DNA from: Cyanophyceae cyanobacterium
Lineage (GTDB): Bacteria > Cyanobacteriota > Cyanobacteriia > Cyanobacteriales > Laspinemataceae
Assembly: GCA_038321985.1 (NCBI GenBank)
Contig: JBBQFN010000023.1
Location: 1-64,000, forward strand
Length of the DNA stretch: 64,000 nucleotides
Reading direction: 5' to 3'
This document shows, in pieces, positions 40,311 through 50,276 of the stretch. The notes under the pieces are model-generated. The model was not told where the DNA came from. It did not search any database and saw only the letters and a program-made list of their open reading frames with translations. The translations under genes and the position numbers were made by a program. The first letter of the stretch is position 1, and each line of letters begins with the position of its first letter.

Positions 40311-41414
40311 ATGAAACGTAGAAATCTTATCGGTAATGGGGCGATCGGTGCCCTGAGTGCTGCCGCAGTCGCCTGTAGTCCCGCAGCCCGAGGTCCCGCA
40401 GTCTCCCGGGACAGTTTGCCCAAAATTCGGTGGAATATGGCAACCAGTTGGCCCGCCTCCCTGGATACCATCTATGGGGGCGCTCGAACCATCGCCCAAC
40501 GGGTGGCCCAGATGACGGATAACCGATTCGAGATTCGCCCCTATCCAGCCGGGGAACTGGTCCCCGGATTGCAGGTCCTCGATGCGGTGCAAAGCGGAAC
40601 CGTCCAATGCGGACATACTGCCAGCTATTATTACATTGGCAAAAATCCAGCCCTCGCCTTTGCCACCTCGGTTCCCTTTGGATTAAATGCCCAACAGCAG
40701 AATGCGTGGCTGTATCATGGCGGGGGATTAGAAGCCATGCAGAGAGTTTATAGCGATTTCAATATTATTAATTTTCCCGCAGGCAATACCGGCGTGCAGA
40801 TGGGGGGCTGGTTTAAGCGTCAAATTAACAGCGTCCGGGACCTACAGGGGTTAAAAATGCGGATTCCGGGATTGGGGGGTCAGGTGATGGAAAAATTGGG
40901 GGTCAACGTCCAGGTGTTGCCTGGAGGGGAGATTTTTCTAGCCTTGGAACGGGGGGCCCTTGATGCAGCCGAATGGGTAGGTCCTTACGATGACTTGAAA
41001 TTGGGCTTAAATAAAGCGGCGCAATTTTACTATTATCCAGGGTGGTGGGAACCGGGGCCGACCTTGGATGTCCTAGTGAACCGCTCGCAGTGGGACCAAC
41101 TGCCTACAGATTATCAAGAAATTTTCAGAACTGCCGCCTATGAGGCGAATCTGAATATGCTGGCGCAATATGAAGTGCTCAATCGGGAGGCCCTGGCTAC
41201 TTTGATAGCTGGAGGGACGCAACTGCTTCCCTACAGTGAGGAAATTATCCAAGCTGCGAAGAAAGTCACCTTTGAGCTATACGAACAGAGTGCCAGTCAA
41301 GATGCAACGTTTCGGGGCATTTATGAACAATGGAATAAGTTTCGAGAGGAAATCTACCCCTGGACGGCAATTAGTGAGTTGAGTTATGGCAACTTTGTGA
41401 TTCCGAAACGGTAA
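40311..41414 (+). CDS. TRAP transporter solute-binding protein (DctP/TakP-like), Tat lipoprotein
   Basis: KRRNLI Tat motif and AVAC lipobox; GLKMRIPG, AAEWVGPYDD and YYPGWWEPG motifs. Confidence 0.92.
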   Translation: MKRRNLIGNGAIGALSAAAVACSPAARGPAVSRDSLPKIRWNMATSWPASLDTIYGGARTIAQRVAQMTDNRFEIRPYPAGELVPGLQVLDAVQSGTVQCGHTASYYYIGKNPALAFATSVPFGLNAQQQNAWLYHGGGLEAMQRVYSDFNIINFPAGNTGVQMGGWFKRQINSVRDLQGLKMRIPGLGGQVMEKLGVNVQVLPGGEIFLALERGALDAAEWVGPYDDLKLGLNKAAQFYYYPGWWEPGPTLDVLVNRSQWDQLPTDYQEIFRTAAYEANLNMLAQYEVLNREALATLIAGGTQLLPYSEEIIQAAKKVTFELYEQSASQDATFRGIYEQWNKFREEIYPWTAISELSYGNFVIPKR

Positions 41415-41553
41415 AAGTGCCTTCAGTCTTCTCCCAGTTAGACCGAGAGGGGACCCGAGAAAGATGAAAAAAAGGGTGGCGATCGCCTTTAATCCCCTCG
41501 GTTCGTTTGTGATTAACGGGTGAATAATAGCCTGTGTAGATACGGGGTATTTA

Positions 41554-42696
41554 ATGGTAAAAAATTATGCCTTGGTGCATGAATGGCTGACGCCTCATGC
41601 AACTGGGGGTTCAGAACTGGTGGTCCAAGAAATTCTCAATACGGTAGATGCGGATCTGTATGCCCTGATTGATTTTGAGTCTACCAATCCCGAGAGTTAT
41701 TTGTTTAAACGGCAGATTGGTTCAACCTTTTTGCAACAGTTTCCGGGGGCGAAAAAGGGAGTTCAAAAATATTTACCGTTGTTACCCCTGGCGATAGAAC
41801 AGTTAGATTTGCGTGAGTATCCAGTAATTTTATCCTCGTCTCATGCCGTGGCAAAAGGGGTCCTGGTGGCACCACATCAGATGCACGTCTGTTACTGCCA
41901 TACGCCTATGCGCTATGCCTGGGATTTAACCTTTGATTATCTACAGAATAGTCCAGCGGGGCGAGGATTATCGGGAATTCTGACCCGGTATTTGCTGCAT
42001 CGATTGCGACAGTGGGATGTGATTTCTGCCAATCGAGTAGATTATTTTATTGCCAATTCACACCATACGGCACGACGGATCTGGCGGTGTTATCGGCGAG
42101 AGGCGGAGGTGATTTATCCTCCGGTGAATGTGGATCGATTTCGGTTTGAAACTCAGAAGGATGATTTTTATTTAACCGTGGCACGCTTGGTACCTTACAA
42201 GAAGGTAGGTATGATCGTGCGGGGGTTTAATCGGCTGGGAAAACGGTTGGTTGTGATTGGCACAGGTGCACAGTTGACGGAAATTCGGGCGATCGCCGGG
42301 CCGAATGTGGAGGTGCTTGGGGAACAACCGGATGCGGTGGTAGAGGACTATATGGCACGAGCGAAGGCGTTTGTTTATGCCGCCTGTGAAGATTTTGGAA
42401 TTGCCTTAGTGGAAGCTCAAGCCTGTGGGACCCCGGCAGTCGCCTACGGTGCAGGTGGGGCCTTAGAGACGGTCCTAGATATCCGCAACCATCCCTCCCA
42501 GGGGACGGGATTATTATTTGACCAGCAAACGGAAGAGTCGTTAATCGAGGCGGTGGAGAGCTTTGAGCGCTTGCGATCGCAGTTTAATCCCCAAGCGGGA
42601 CGGGAACAGGCGGCCCGATTTGCTCCCCAGGTCTTTCAGGAGCGTTACCGCCATTTTCTGGAGCGCTGTTCTGAAGAATTTCAGGCTAAATCTTGA
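41554..42696 (+). CDS. Glycosyltransferase family 4 (WbaZ-like mannosyltransferase)
   Basis: ALVHEWL..GGSE, YCHTPMRYAWD and EDFGIALVEAQACG motifs. Confidence 0.9.
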   Translation: MVKNYALVHEWLTPHATGGSELVVQEILNTVDADLYALIDFESTNPESYLFKRQIGSTFLQQFPGAKKGVQKYLPLLPLAIEQLDLREYPVILSSSHAVAKGVLVAPHQMHVCYCHTPMRYAWDLTFDYLQNSPAGRGLSGILTRYLLHRLRQWDVISANRVDYFIANSHHTARRIWRCYRREAEVIYPPVNVDRFRFETQKDDFYLTVARLVPYKKVGMIVRGFNRLGKRLVVIGTGAQLTEIRAIAGPNVEVLGEQPDAVVEDYMARAKAFVYAACEDFGIALVEAQACGTPAVAYGAGGALETVLDIRNHPSQGTGLLFDQQTEESLIEAVESFERLRSQFNPQAGREQAARFAPQVFQERYRHFLERCSEEFQAKS

Positions 42697-43028
42697 TAAA
42701 AATCAAATTTTATGATATATGGGTAAACAATACTTGCTGGGACCCTAAGTTAGGCGATCGCACCACAAAATCAGCCAAAAAATTTGCAATGCTGGGTTCC
42801 ACCCCATGTAAAAATAATCTGCAATTTGAAATGATTGAGGCGATGAGGGTGTAACAAATTCTCCTGACGGGAAGTGAATCGGCATGAAGCGCGCAGACTC
42901 AGAAGGACAGGCACTTTGAAAGAGCCGGTTTTGTCTGGATGTCTGTGAACTGAACTCTCCAGACGCGGTGCAAAACGTCTGAAGGCTTTACAATCAGGAC
43001 TGTGTGTGGTGTGAATTAAAGGAGTAAG

Positions 43029-43733
43029 ATGACTGCCGATAGCCAACTCATCTCCGGCAAAGTGATTCGGGCGGTTGCAAGGCGTACCTTTTGGCCTTTC
43101 GTCCTGAGTGGTATAAACGGAGAATTTTCCAAGCGGCTGTTCGACGTTGTGTTTTCCCTGTGCGTTCTAATCGTGTTTTCCCCGGTTTACGCGATTTTGG
43201 GTCTGCTAATTTACATTAGCTCCCCCGGCCCGATTTTTTATGTGCAGGAGCGCGTTGGCAAAAACCGCCAAAAATTCGGATGCATTAAATTCAGGACAAT
43301 GGTGCTCAATGCCGACGAAGTTTTGCTGGATATCATGGAAACTTCCCCTCATTTGCGTCAAGAATTTGAGGATAATTTCAAACTCAAGCAAGACCCTAGA
43401 ATTACTTGGATCGGCCATTTTCTAAGAATCACCAGCCTGGATGAATTCCCCCAATTTTGGAATGTTTTGAAAGGTGAAATGAGCGTCGTTGGGCCTCGAC
43501 CTTTAGTGGTTGAGGAACTACCCAAGTATGGCCGATATATCGATAAAGTCCTCACCATTAAACCCGGAATTACCGGATTGTGGCAGGTCTCCGGTCGAAA
43601 TGACATTCCCTATCCCAAACGCATCCAAATTGACGTCTATTATGTCAATTTCAAAAACTTGTGGATGGACCTGTGGATTGTCTTGAAAACCCTTAGAGTG
43701 GTGCTGTTCCCTAAAAATAATGGGGCATATTAA
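43029..43733 (+). CDS. Priming undecaprenyl-phosphate glycosylphosphotransferase (HepC/WcaJ C-terminal family)
   Basis: KRLFD, KFRTM, DPRIT, SLDEFPQFWNVLKGEMSVVGPRP and KPGITGLWQVSGRN motifs. Confidence 0.93.
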   Translation: MTADSQLISGKVIRAVARRTFWPFVLSGINGEFSKRLFDVVFSLCVLIVFSPVYAILGLLIYISSPGPIFYVQERVGKNRQKFGCIKFRTMVLNADEVLLDIMETSPHLRQEFEDNFKLKQDPRITWIGHFLRITSLDEFPQFWNVLKGEMSVVGPRPLVVEELPKYGRYIDKVLTIKPGITGLWQVSGRNDIPYPKRIQIDVYYVNFKNLWMDLWIVLKTLRVVLFPKNNGAY

Positions 43734-44172
43734 CGGGCATTGTTGCCCTGGGCTGCATCAGCGCTCTTGCTGGTGCAGTTCATCCCCTTTAACGGACCGA
43801 TGCAGATCGGGAATCATGCTGAGGGCGCAAGGCTTCAGCAAATTTTTTGTATTCAAAACCCCAATCCCTGGGTAAAATAAACAAGACGGTGACAGTTGAT
43901 ACCCCCAGGAAGTATAATCCTTTACAATAGGACGAGAGAAATCAGACGGCTCAATTCCCTAAAAGTTTACCAAAACTATAGGTTTATTTGACATTAACTT
44001 CCCCATTTCACGGTAGAGTGAGACACTGATTTGATCAGTCCCCACCTGAGCAGAACAATTCCCAGGATAGGGGGAGAGGCAACTAATCATCAGGGTGCTG
44101 TTTAGTACAGACTCACGCGATCGCCGCAAAGAGTCCCAAAGATTAACTTGAGGTTGAGAGGAAAAATACGAA

Positions 44173-46221
44173 ATGACGCAACGTAAGCGGGCATTAATTA
44201 CAGGTATCACCGGCCAAGACGGTTCTTACTTAAGCGAATTGTTATTAGAAAAAGGCTATGAAGTGCACGGCATTATCCGCCGGACCTCCACCTTTAATAC
44301 CGACCGGATCGATCATCTTTATGTGGACCCCCATAGCGAACAAGCCCGGTTATTTCTGCACTACGGTGACTTAACCGATGGGGTCACTCTGCGCCGCATT
44401 CTCGAAGAAGTCAAACCCGTTGAAATTTACAACTTGGGTGCTCAATCCCACGTCCGAGTTAGCTTTGACTCCCCAGAGTACACCGTTGATACTGTGGCAA
44501 TGGGAACCCTGCGGCTGCTAGAAGCAATCCGAGACTACCAACACCGCACCGGGATCCAAGTCCGGTTTTACCAAGCCGGTTCTTCGGAAATGTTTGGTAA
44601 GGTCCTGGAAGTTCCTCAGACAGAAAACACCCCTTTCTATCCCAGAAGTCCCTATTCCTGTGCCAAAGTTTACGCCCACTGGCAAACCATTAACTATCGG
44701 GAATCTTACGATTTATTTGCGTGCAATGGCATTCTGTTTAACCACGAATGCGTAATTGATAACACCCCAGTCTTCATTCGCCAGGATGGATTAATTGACC
44801 TAGTGTCGATCGCAGAAGTGGTCCCCCATCACCCCGATCCAAACTCCCAAAATCGATACACCACGGACATTGCGGCAGAAAATCGGTTTGAGGTTTGGGA
44901 TGCCCAAGGCTGGGCGCAAGTTACTTGCATGACGGCAACCTGGAATGGTGCAACGGAACAACCGAATAAGACGGTACATCGGATTGCTGCCGAGGGTGCA
45001 GTTTACCATGCCACCAGCAGTCACGTTGTATTTGTGCAAGGGGAAGAATCGGCAGTAGAAAAACCTGCCGGTGAGGTCAAAGTCGGTGACTCCTTGGCAT
45101 TGATTGATTTACCACAACCTACGGAACAACTAGACATCACGGAAACTGAAGCATGGTTGCTGGGGGTGTTGGTTGCCTCGGGAGAGATTGACAGCGAAGG
45201 TCAGGTAAACTTGACAATGCCTGAACCGGGTTTAGCCGATCGCCTCGCCGCCTCTTGGCGAAAAGTAGCCGGTGGTAGTTGCGATCGCCAATCAAATCTC
45301 TGGTTGTCGGGAAATGCCGCCTACGCTGACTATTTGCGGTCGGAACTGTACGGAAAATCCTCAGACAAGCGCATTCCTAAACGGATTCTCAATGCGGGCG
45401 ATCGCGAACGCTTGGCATTTCTAGAAGGATTTAAGGCCGTTTCTCCCCAGGTTGGGGAATGTTTCACGGTTCAGACTCCCTCGGCAGTGCTCGCCGCTGG
45501 ACTCTACTGGATGGCCGTCACGACTCTCCAGCAACCTGCATGGATTGCCACTGAACTCGATGGCGAGGGCCTAGAATACCAGATTCACTTCAACTCCACC
45601 CCACCCCAAGGCAGAACCCGCGCACAAGTTGTCACTGCCGAACCCATCGAATATAAAGGATGGTTGTTTGACTTAGCGACAACGAGTGGCACCTTCCATG
45701 CGGGAGTCGGTCAGGGTTGGATCCATAACTCCCCCCGACGCGGTGAAACCTTTGTCACCCGTAAAATTACTCGGGCGATCGCCCGCATCGTCGCCGGAAA
45801 GCAGAAAAAACTTTTCCTGGGTAACCTAGATTCCAAACGGGACTGGGGGTATGCCAAAGACTATGTTCGCGCCATGTGGTTGATGCTGCAACAAGACGAA
45901 CCGGATGATTATGTCGTTGCCACCAATGAAACCCATACCATCCGCAAATTTTTGGATTTAGCCTTTAATTTCGTTAACCTGAATTGGGAAGATTATGTCG
46001 AATTCGACCCCCGCTATCTGCGTCCTGCGGAAGTGGATTTATTAATTGGCGATGCCAGTAAAGCCAAGGAAAAATTAGGGTGGGAACCGTCGATTACCTT
46101 TGAACAATTGGTCGCCTTAATGGTGGATTCCGACTTAAAGGCGATCGGGGTAGAATCTCCCACCGGACAACCGATTATTGACCGCGCCTTTGTCCGCCAA
46201 GACGGCCAAATGGTGGACTAA
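44173..46221 (+). CDS. gmd: GDP-mannose 4,6-dehydratase with an in-frame intein (spliced product 355 aa)
   Basis: GITGQDGSYL, YPRSPYSCAK, FNHE|insert|SPRRGETFVTRK and RDWGYAKDY motifs. Confidence 0.96.
   Translation: MTQRKRALITGITGQDGSYLSELLLEKGYEVHGIIRRTSTFNTDRIDHLYVDPHSEQARLFLHYGDLTDGVTLRRILEEVKPVEIYNLGAQSHVRVSFDSPEYTVDTVAMGTLRLLEAIRDYQHRTGIQVRFYQAGSSEMFGKVLEVPQTENTPFYPRSPYSCAKVYAHWQTINYRESYDLFACNGILFNHECVIDNTPVFIRQDGLIDLVSIAEVVPHHPDPNSQNRYTTDIAAENRFEVWDAQGWAQVTCMTATWNGATEQPNKTVHRIAAEGAVYHATSSHVVFVQGEESAVEKPAGEVKVGDSLALIDLPQPTEQLDITETEAWLLGVLVASGEIDSEGQVNLTMPEPGLADRLAASWRKVAGGSCDRQSNLWLSGNAAYADYLRSELYGKSSDKRIPKRILNAGDRERLAFLEGFKAVSPQVGECFTVQTPSAVLAAGLYWMAVTTLQQPAWIATELDGEGLEYQIHFNSTPPQGRTRAQVVTAEPIEYKGWLFDLATTSGTFHAGVGQGWIHNSPRRGETFVTRKITRAIARIVAGKQKKLFLGNLDSKRDWGYAKDYVRAMWLMLQQDEPDDYVVATNETHTIRKFLDLAFNFVNLNWEDYVEFDPRYLRPAEVDLLIGDASKAKEKLGWEPSITFEQLVALMVDSDLKAIGVESPTGQPIIDRAFVRQDGQMVD
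44749..45729 (+). mobile_element. Intein (327 aa) with degenerate LAGLIDADG homing-endonuclease domain
   Basis: Starts CVIDNTPV, block B ATSSH, block F WLFDLATTSGTF, ends WIHN followed by extein Ser. The LAGLIDADG-like blocks AWLLGVLVASG and AFLEGFKAVS lack the catalytic DG. Confidence 0.93.
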
Positions 46222-46374
46222 TCCATTCCGGAACCCGAGAAAACACCAAACTCTAGTCCCCTCCCCTCTGCCTTGGGGAGGGTCAAGGAGGGGTCCTCTC
46301 CTCTTAAAATAGAAGAGATAGAAAAAGTGCGATCGCCGGGAAGTTCAATTATTGAGGACCAGAGGGCAACTTAA

Positions 46375-47319
46375 ATGGAATCATTAGACTTAAAAGACAA
46401 ACGGATTCTAGTCACCGGAGGGGCCGGATTTTTAGGTCGGCAAGTCATCGACCAATTAACCCAATCCGGGGCCGATCCTGCTAAAATTACCGTACCGCGA
46501 TCGCGGGATTCCGACCTGCGAATCATGGATATTTGTCAGCAGGTTGTGCAACAACAAGATGTGATCATTCACCTCGCCGCCCATGTCGGAGGAATTGGTT
46601 TAAACCAACAGAAACCTGCCGAACTGTTTTATGACAATCTGATGATGGGCACGCAACTGATTCACGCCGCCTATCAAGCGGGGGTGCAGAAATTTGTCTG
46701 TGTCGGCACTATTTGCGCCTATCCCAAATTTACCCCCGTTCCCTTCAAAGAAGAAGACCTCTGGAACGGCTACCCTGAAGAAACTAATGCCCCTTACGGC
46801 ATTGCCAAAAAAGCCCTATTAGTTCAATTAGAATCTTATCGGCAACAATATAATTTTAACGGCATTTACTTACTGCCCGTTAACTTATATGGGCCCGAAG
46901 ATAACTTTGATCCTAGCAGTTCCCACGTCATCCCGGCCTTAATTCGCAAGATTTATGAAGCTCAAGAACGGGGAGACAAAGAATTAGTCGTCTGGGGAGA
47001 TGGTACCCCGTCTCGGGAATTTCTGTACTCCACGGATGCAGCACGAGGGATTGTGATGGCAACCCAATCTTACCATAAATCTGACCCCGTTAACTTGGGA
47101 ACTGGGTATGAAATTACAATTCGGGATTTAATCGAACTCATTGGCGAATTGATGGGATTTGAGGGTAAAATTGTCTGGGATACGGACAAACCTAATGGTC
47201 AACCCCGACGCTGTTTAGATACAGAACGGGCTAAAAAAGAGTTTGGATTTACTGCCGAGGTTGGGTTTAGAGAAGGGTTGCAACAGACGATCGCCTGGTA
47301 TCAGGAAAACGCGGCTTAG
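46375..47319 (+). CDS. fcl: GDP-L-fucose synthase
   Basis: [32 protein letters not shown] and [10 protein letters not shown] motifs. Confidence 0.95.
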   Translation: MESLDLKDKRILVTGGAGFLGRQVIDQLTQSGADPAKITVPRSRDSDLRIMDICQQVVQQQDVIIHLAAHVGGIGLNQQKPAELFYDNLMMGTQLIHAAYQAGVQKFVCVGTICAYPKFTPVPFKEEDLWNGYPEETNAPYGIAKKALLVQLESYRQQYNFNGIYLLPVNLYGPEDNFDPSSSHVIPALIRKIYEAQERGDKELVVWGDGTPSREFLYSTDAARGIVMATQSYHKSDPVNLGTGYEITIRDLIELIGELMGFEGKIVWDTDKPNGQPRRCLDTERAKKEFGFTAEVGFREGLQQTIAWYQENAA

Positions 47320-47410
47320 TAACAACCGACGGGGGTTCAAACCCCCGCCTTCTACCTTGAATTCGGTAAAAATCGACTGAAACCTTTACTATTTCTGGAT
47401 TTTTTCCGAG

Positions 47411-47998
47411 ATGTCCCTCGACCCCCAATTAGAAAAGGCACAACTCCGACTCAAGTTACTGAAGCAGCGAAAATCTCTTTCTCAAGCAGAATGGCAGGAG
47501 AAAAGTAATCGCCTTTGTACTCATCTGCAATCTTCCGATTTGTTTAGGCAGTCGTCTACTATTTTGGCCTACTTTAGTTTCCGCCAAGAACCGGATTTAA
47601 GTCCTTTATTCACGGATAAAAGTCATGAGTGGGGACTTCCTCGCTGTGTGAATAAGCAGTTGGTTTGGCATCGTTACTGTGTGGGAGATCCCTTAAAATC
47701 GGGAAAGTATGGAATTTTAGAACCCTTGGCAGATGCGCCGATATTGCAAGCGGATCAGGTAGATTTAATTCTAGTGCCATCGGTGGGGTGCGACTGCGCT
47801 GGATATCGCCTAGGATATGGTGGAGGATTTTACGATCGCCTGCTTTCTCTTCCAGAATGGCAGTCTAAACTCACCCTGGGTATTCTCTTCGACTTGGGCG
47901 ATTTACTCCCATTACCCATCGCTTCGTGGGATAAACCTTTACAGGGAGTTTGTACAGAAGTAGGGTTACGACAAACCCAATTTAATAATAATATTTAA
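47411..47998 (+). CDS. 5-formyltetrahydrofolate cyclo-ligase
   Basis: YGILEP, LILVP and GYRLGYGGGFYDR motifs. Confidence 0.93.
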   Translation: MSLDPQLEKAQLRLKLLKQRKSLSQAEWQEKSNRLCTHLQSSDLFRQSSTILAYFSFRQEPDLSPLFTDKSHEWGLPRCVNKQLVWHRYCVGDPLKSGKYGILEPLADAPILQADQVDLILVPSVGCDCAGYRLGYGGGFYDRLLSLPEWQSKLTLGILFDLGDLLPLPIASWDKPLQGVCTEVGLRQTQFNNNI

Positions 47999-48136
47999 AA
48001 TGGGATGAGAATAATTAAGGGAGTTTTTACACAAATTCAGTAAAAAAATAGGTGTTTTTAACATAGATACCCCTAAACTATAGCACATCAAAAATTAGGG
48101 AGGGGCAATTCATAAATTACCCCTCATTCTCACATT

Positions 48137-49378
48137 TTAAACGGTAAAACTTTTATTATTTAAAACCCCACTGGCGACATCTTCAATGAGTTGCAGGTGG
48201 CGCTTGAGTAACGTCGGCATGGCATAGCGTTCGATCGCTGTTTCTCGGGCTTTTTGACGAATCTCTGCCATACGAGTCGGATGATTGAACACTTCATCGA
48301 CGCGATCAGCGATTTGTTTGGGGGAGAAAAAGTCTACTAACAATCCATTTTCGCCATCGGTGATGACTTCTCGGACAGGTTGAGTGTCGGATCCCAGCAC
48401 TAAACAACCCGTAGACAGAGATTCAATCATGGACCAAGATAAAACAAAGGGTCGGGTCAGATAAATATGCACATCGGAGGCTTGAATTACTTTTAAGTAC
48501 AATCCATAAGGCAAGGACCCGACAAAGTGAACCCGAGTTAAATCTAGGGGCACTTTTTTAAGCATATAGTCTTTGTAAGTTTCGCCATTGGGTAGCGATT
48601 TGCCGTAACAAACGCGATCCGAACCAACCACGACTACATGACAATTGGGACGGCGTTCTTGAATATAACCCACCGCTTCTATAAACTCCGGAAAACCGCG
48701 ATAGGGTTCCATTCCTCGGGCTACATAAGTCACCAGTTCATCTACATGAGATAAATCTAAGTTAGGTAGGACTAATTTAGCACCGGGTTCGGGTTTAAAA
48801 TATTCTGTATCGACGCCATCGTGAATGACAGAAAGTTTGCTGTGAAATTCGGGCGGAAATTGCGATCGCTGCCAGTAGGTTGGTGATACTCCCCAATCAC
48901 ATGATGCTAAGTCAATTAAAATCGGGGCATTTTTAACTCTAATTCGGGCTACATCATCGGGATTTAACGGGTCGTTGGGGTCAAAGTTGGCATCAGACCC
49001 GTAGGCATGATAGTACCATTCAAAATAGCACATTAACGGGGTTTCGGGATAGATATCTTTGGCAAATACCGTCGGACCCCAGCCGGAATGGCCGTAAATC
49101 ACATCGGGTACAAATCCTTGAGCTTTAAGTTGTTCGGCCATCCGATAAACCGCTTGTCCGTAGATGACGGCACTTTCTAAGGGACGCACATAATGATGGG
49201 TTCCCGGATGAGGGTCCCGACTGGGTGCAAATAAGGCTTTTTTGACTCCAGGAATCACCCATTCTGGCCGTTCATTTTTCGTACCAAAAACAACTTGATT
49301 CTTAGGATTACTGCCTAGTACGGTAGCTAAATGACGGAATTGGGCGGGGAAGTTGGGATGCAGGAAGAGAATTTGCAT
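48137..49378 (-). CDS. Glycosyltransferase family 4 (FLHPNFPAQF type)
   Basis: MQILFLHPNFPAQFRHL, GHSGWG, RGMEPYRGF and PFVLSWSMIE motifs. Confidence 0.9.
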   Translation of the reverse strand: MQILFLHPNFPAQFRHLATVLGSNPKNQVVFGTKNERPEWVIPGVKKALFAPSRDPHPGTHHYVRPLESAVIYGQAVYRMAEQLKAQGFVPDVIYGHSGWGPTVFAKDIYPETPLMCYFEWYYHAYGSDANFDPNDPLNPDDVARIRVKNAPILIDLASCDWGVSPTYWQRSQFPPEFHSKLSVIHDGVDTEYFKPEPGAKLVLPNLDLSHVDELVTYVARGMEPYRGFPEFIEAVGYIQERRPNCHVVVVGSDRVCYGKSLPNGETYKDYMLKKVPLDLTRVHFVGSLPYGLYLKVIQASDVHIYLTRPFVLSWSMIESLSTGCLVLGSDTQPVREVITDGENGLLVDFFSPKQIADRVDEVFNHPTRMAEIRQKARETAIERYAMPTLLKRHLQLIEDVASGVLNNKSFTV

Positions 49379-49480
49379 GGTCAATGATCGCAACGGTTTA
49401 CTTTAAAAATACTGCCTAATAAATTAAAATAAGGAACAAAGTTTTAAAGAGTTTAGTTCCTCATTTTAATTTTTTTGAGT

Positions 49481-50224
49481 TCAAACAATCGGGGCTTTAC
49501 AGATCCAAACACAATCTCGGGGAACGGATTGGGTATCTTTGACCAGAATTTCATAATTGAGATGGGTGAGAAATTTTTCCATGATGCGATCGCTCATCAC
49601 AGAAAAGGCCGAACCGTGTCTTTGCCCCATTAAATTGAGATGCCATTCACTTAAAAACTTTTGCCAACCTAATTCGCTAAGAATGTTAGTATGATGAAAA
49701 ATACAGAGGCGATCGCCGCGCAATAAGGGGGGAATTCGACTTAGATAATTAAAAATGTCGCGAGGTTCCAAATGCACCATCGTATCGTAACAGAAACAGA
49801 CATCAACGGAGTTCGTTTTGATCGCACTAAGGGTCAGTCCATCGAGTTTACAATAGCTCACGCGATCGTCCCCGAGACGCGATCTTGTCGCCTCTAGCAT
49901 TTTACTGGAAATATCCGCACAAATCAGCTCTTTGCAGTGCTTGAGCAACAATGCCCCAGTTTTGCCACCCCCCACACCGATTTCTAAAACCCGATGTTCC
50001 TGCCCGATATGAGGCTGAATGAAGCGCTGTTCAATCAGGCTTTCATATTCGGCTAGGGTTTGGGCTGCACCCGCCCCTTTTCCAATCCATTCATCCCCAA
50101 TGCGATCGAGTTCGGGATGCAAATCTTGCCAGACCTCGGCGTAAGCATCCCAGGTCCCTTCATAGTCAATGCCGTGATTGGTCGTTTCCATTGCTGCGCT
50201 GTACACTTCCGAACTAGACAACAT
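49481..50224 (-). CDS. Class I SAM-dependent methyltransferase
   Basis: VLEIGVGGG, ADIS and YDTMVH motifs. Confidence 0.88.
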   Translation of the reverse strand: MLSSSEVYSAAMETTNHGIDYEGTWDAYAEVWQDLHPELDRIGDEWIGKGAGAAQTLAEYESLIEQRFIQPHIGQEHRVLEIGVGGGKTGALLLKHCKELICADISSKMLEATRSRLGDDRVSYCKLDGLTLSAIKTNSVDVCFCYDTMVHLEPRDIFNYLSRIPPLLRGDRLCIFHHTNILSELGWQKFLSEWHLNLMGQRHGSAFSVMSDRIMEKFLTHLNYEILVKDTQSVPRDCVWICKAPIV

Positions 50225-50276
50225 TCACCTTACTCGGTGATCATCCCCGATCATTCTTTTACCACATTATGTTGAT

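Noticed and set aside
44749..45729. Group I/II intron or frameshifted pseudogene in gmd
   Set aside because: The insert is in frame, has no stops, and has protein-splicing termini.
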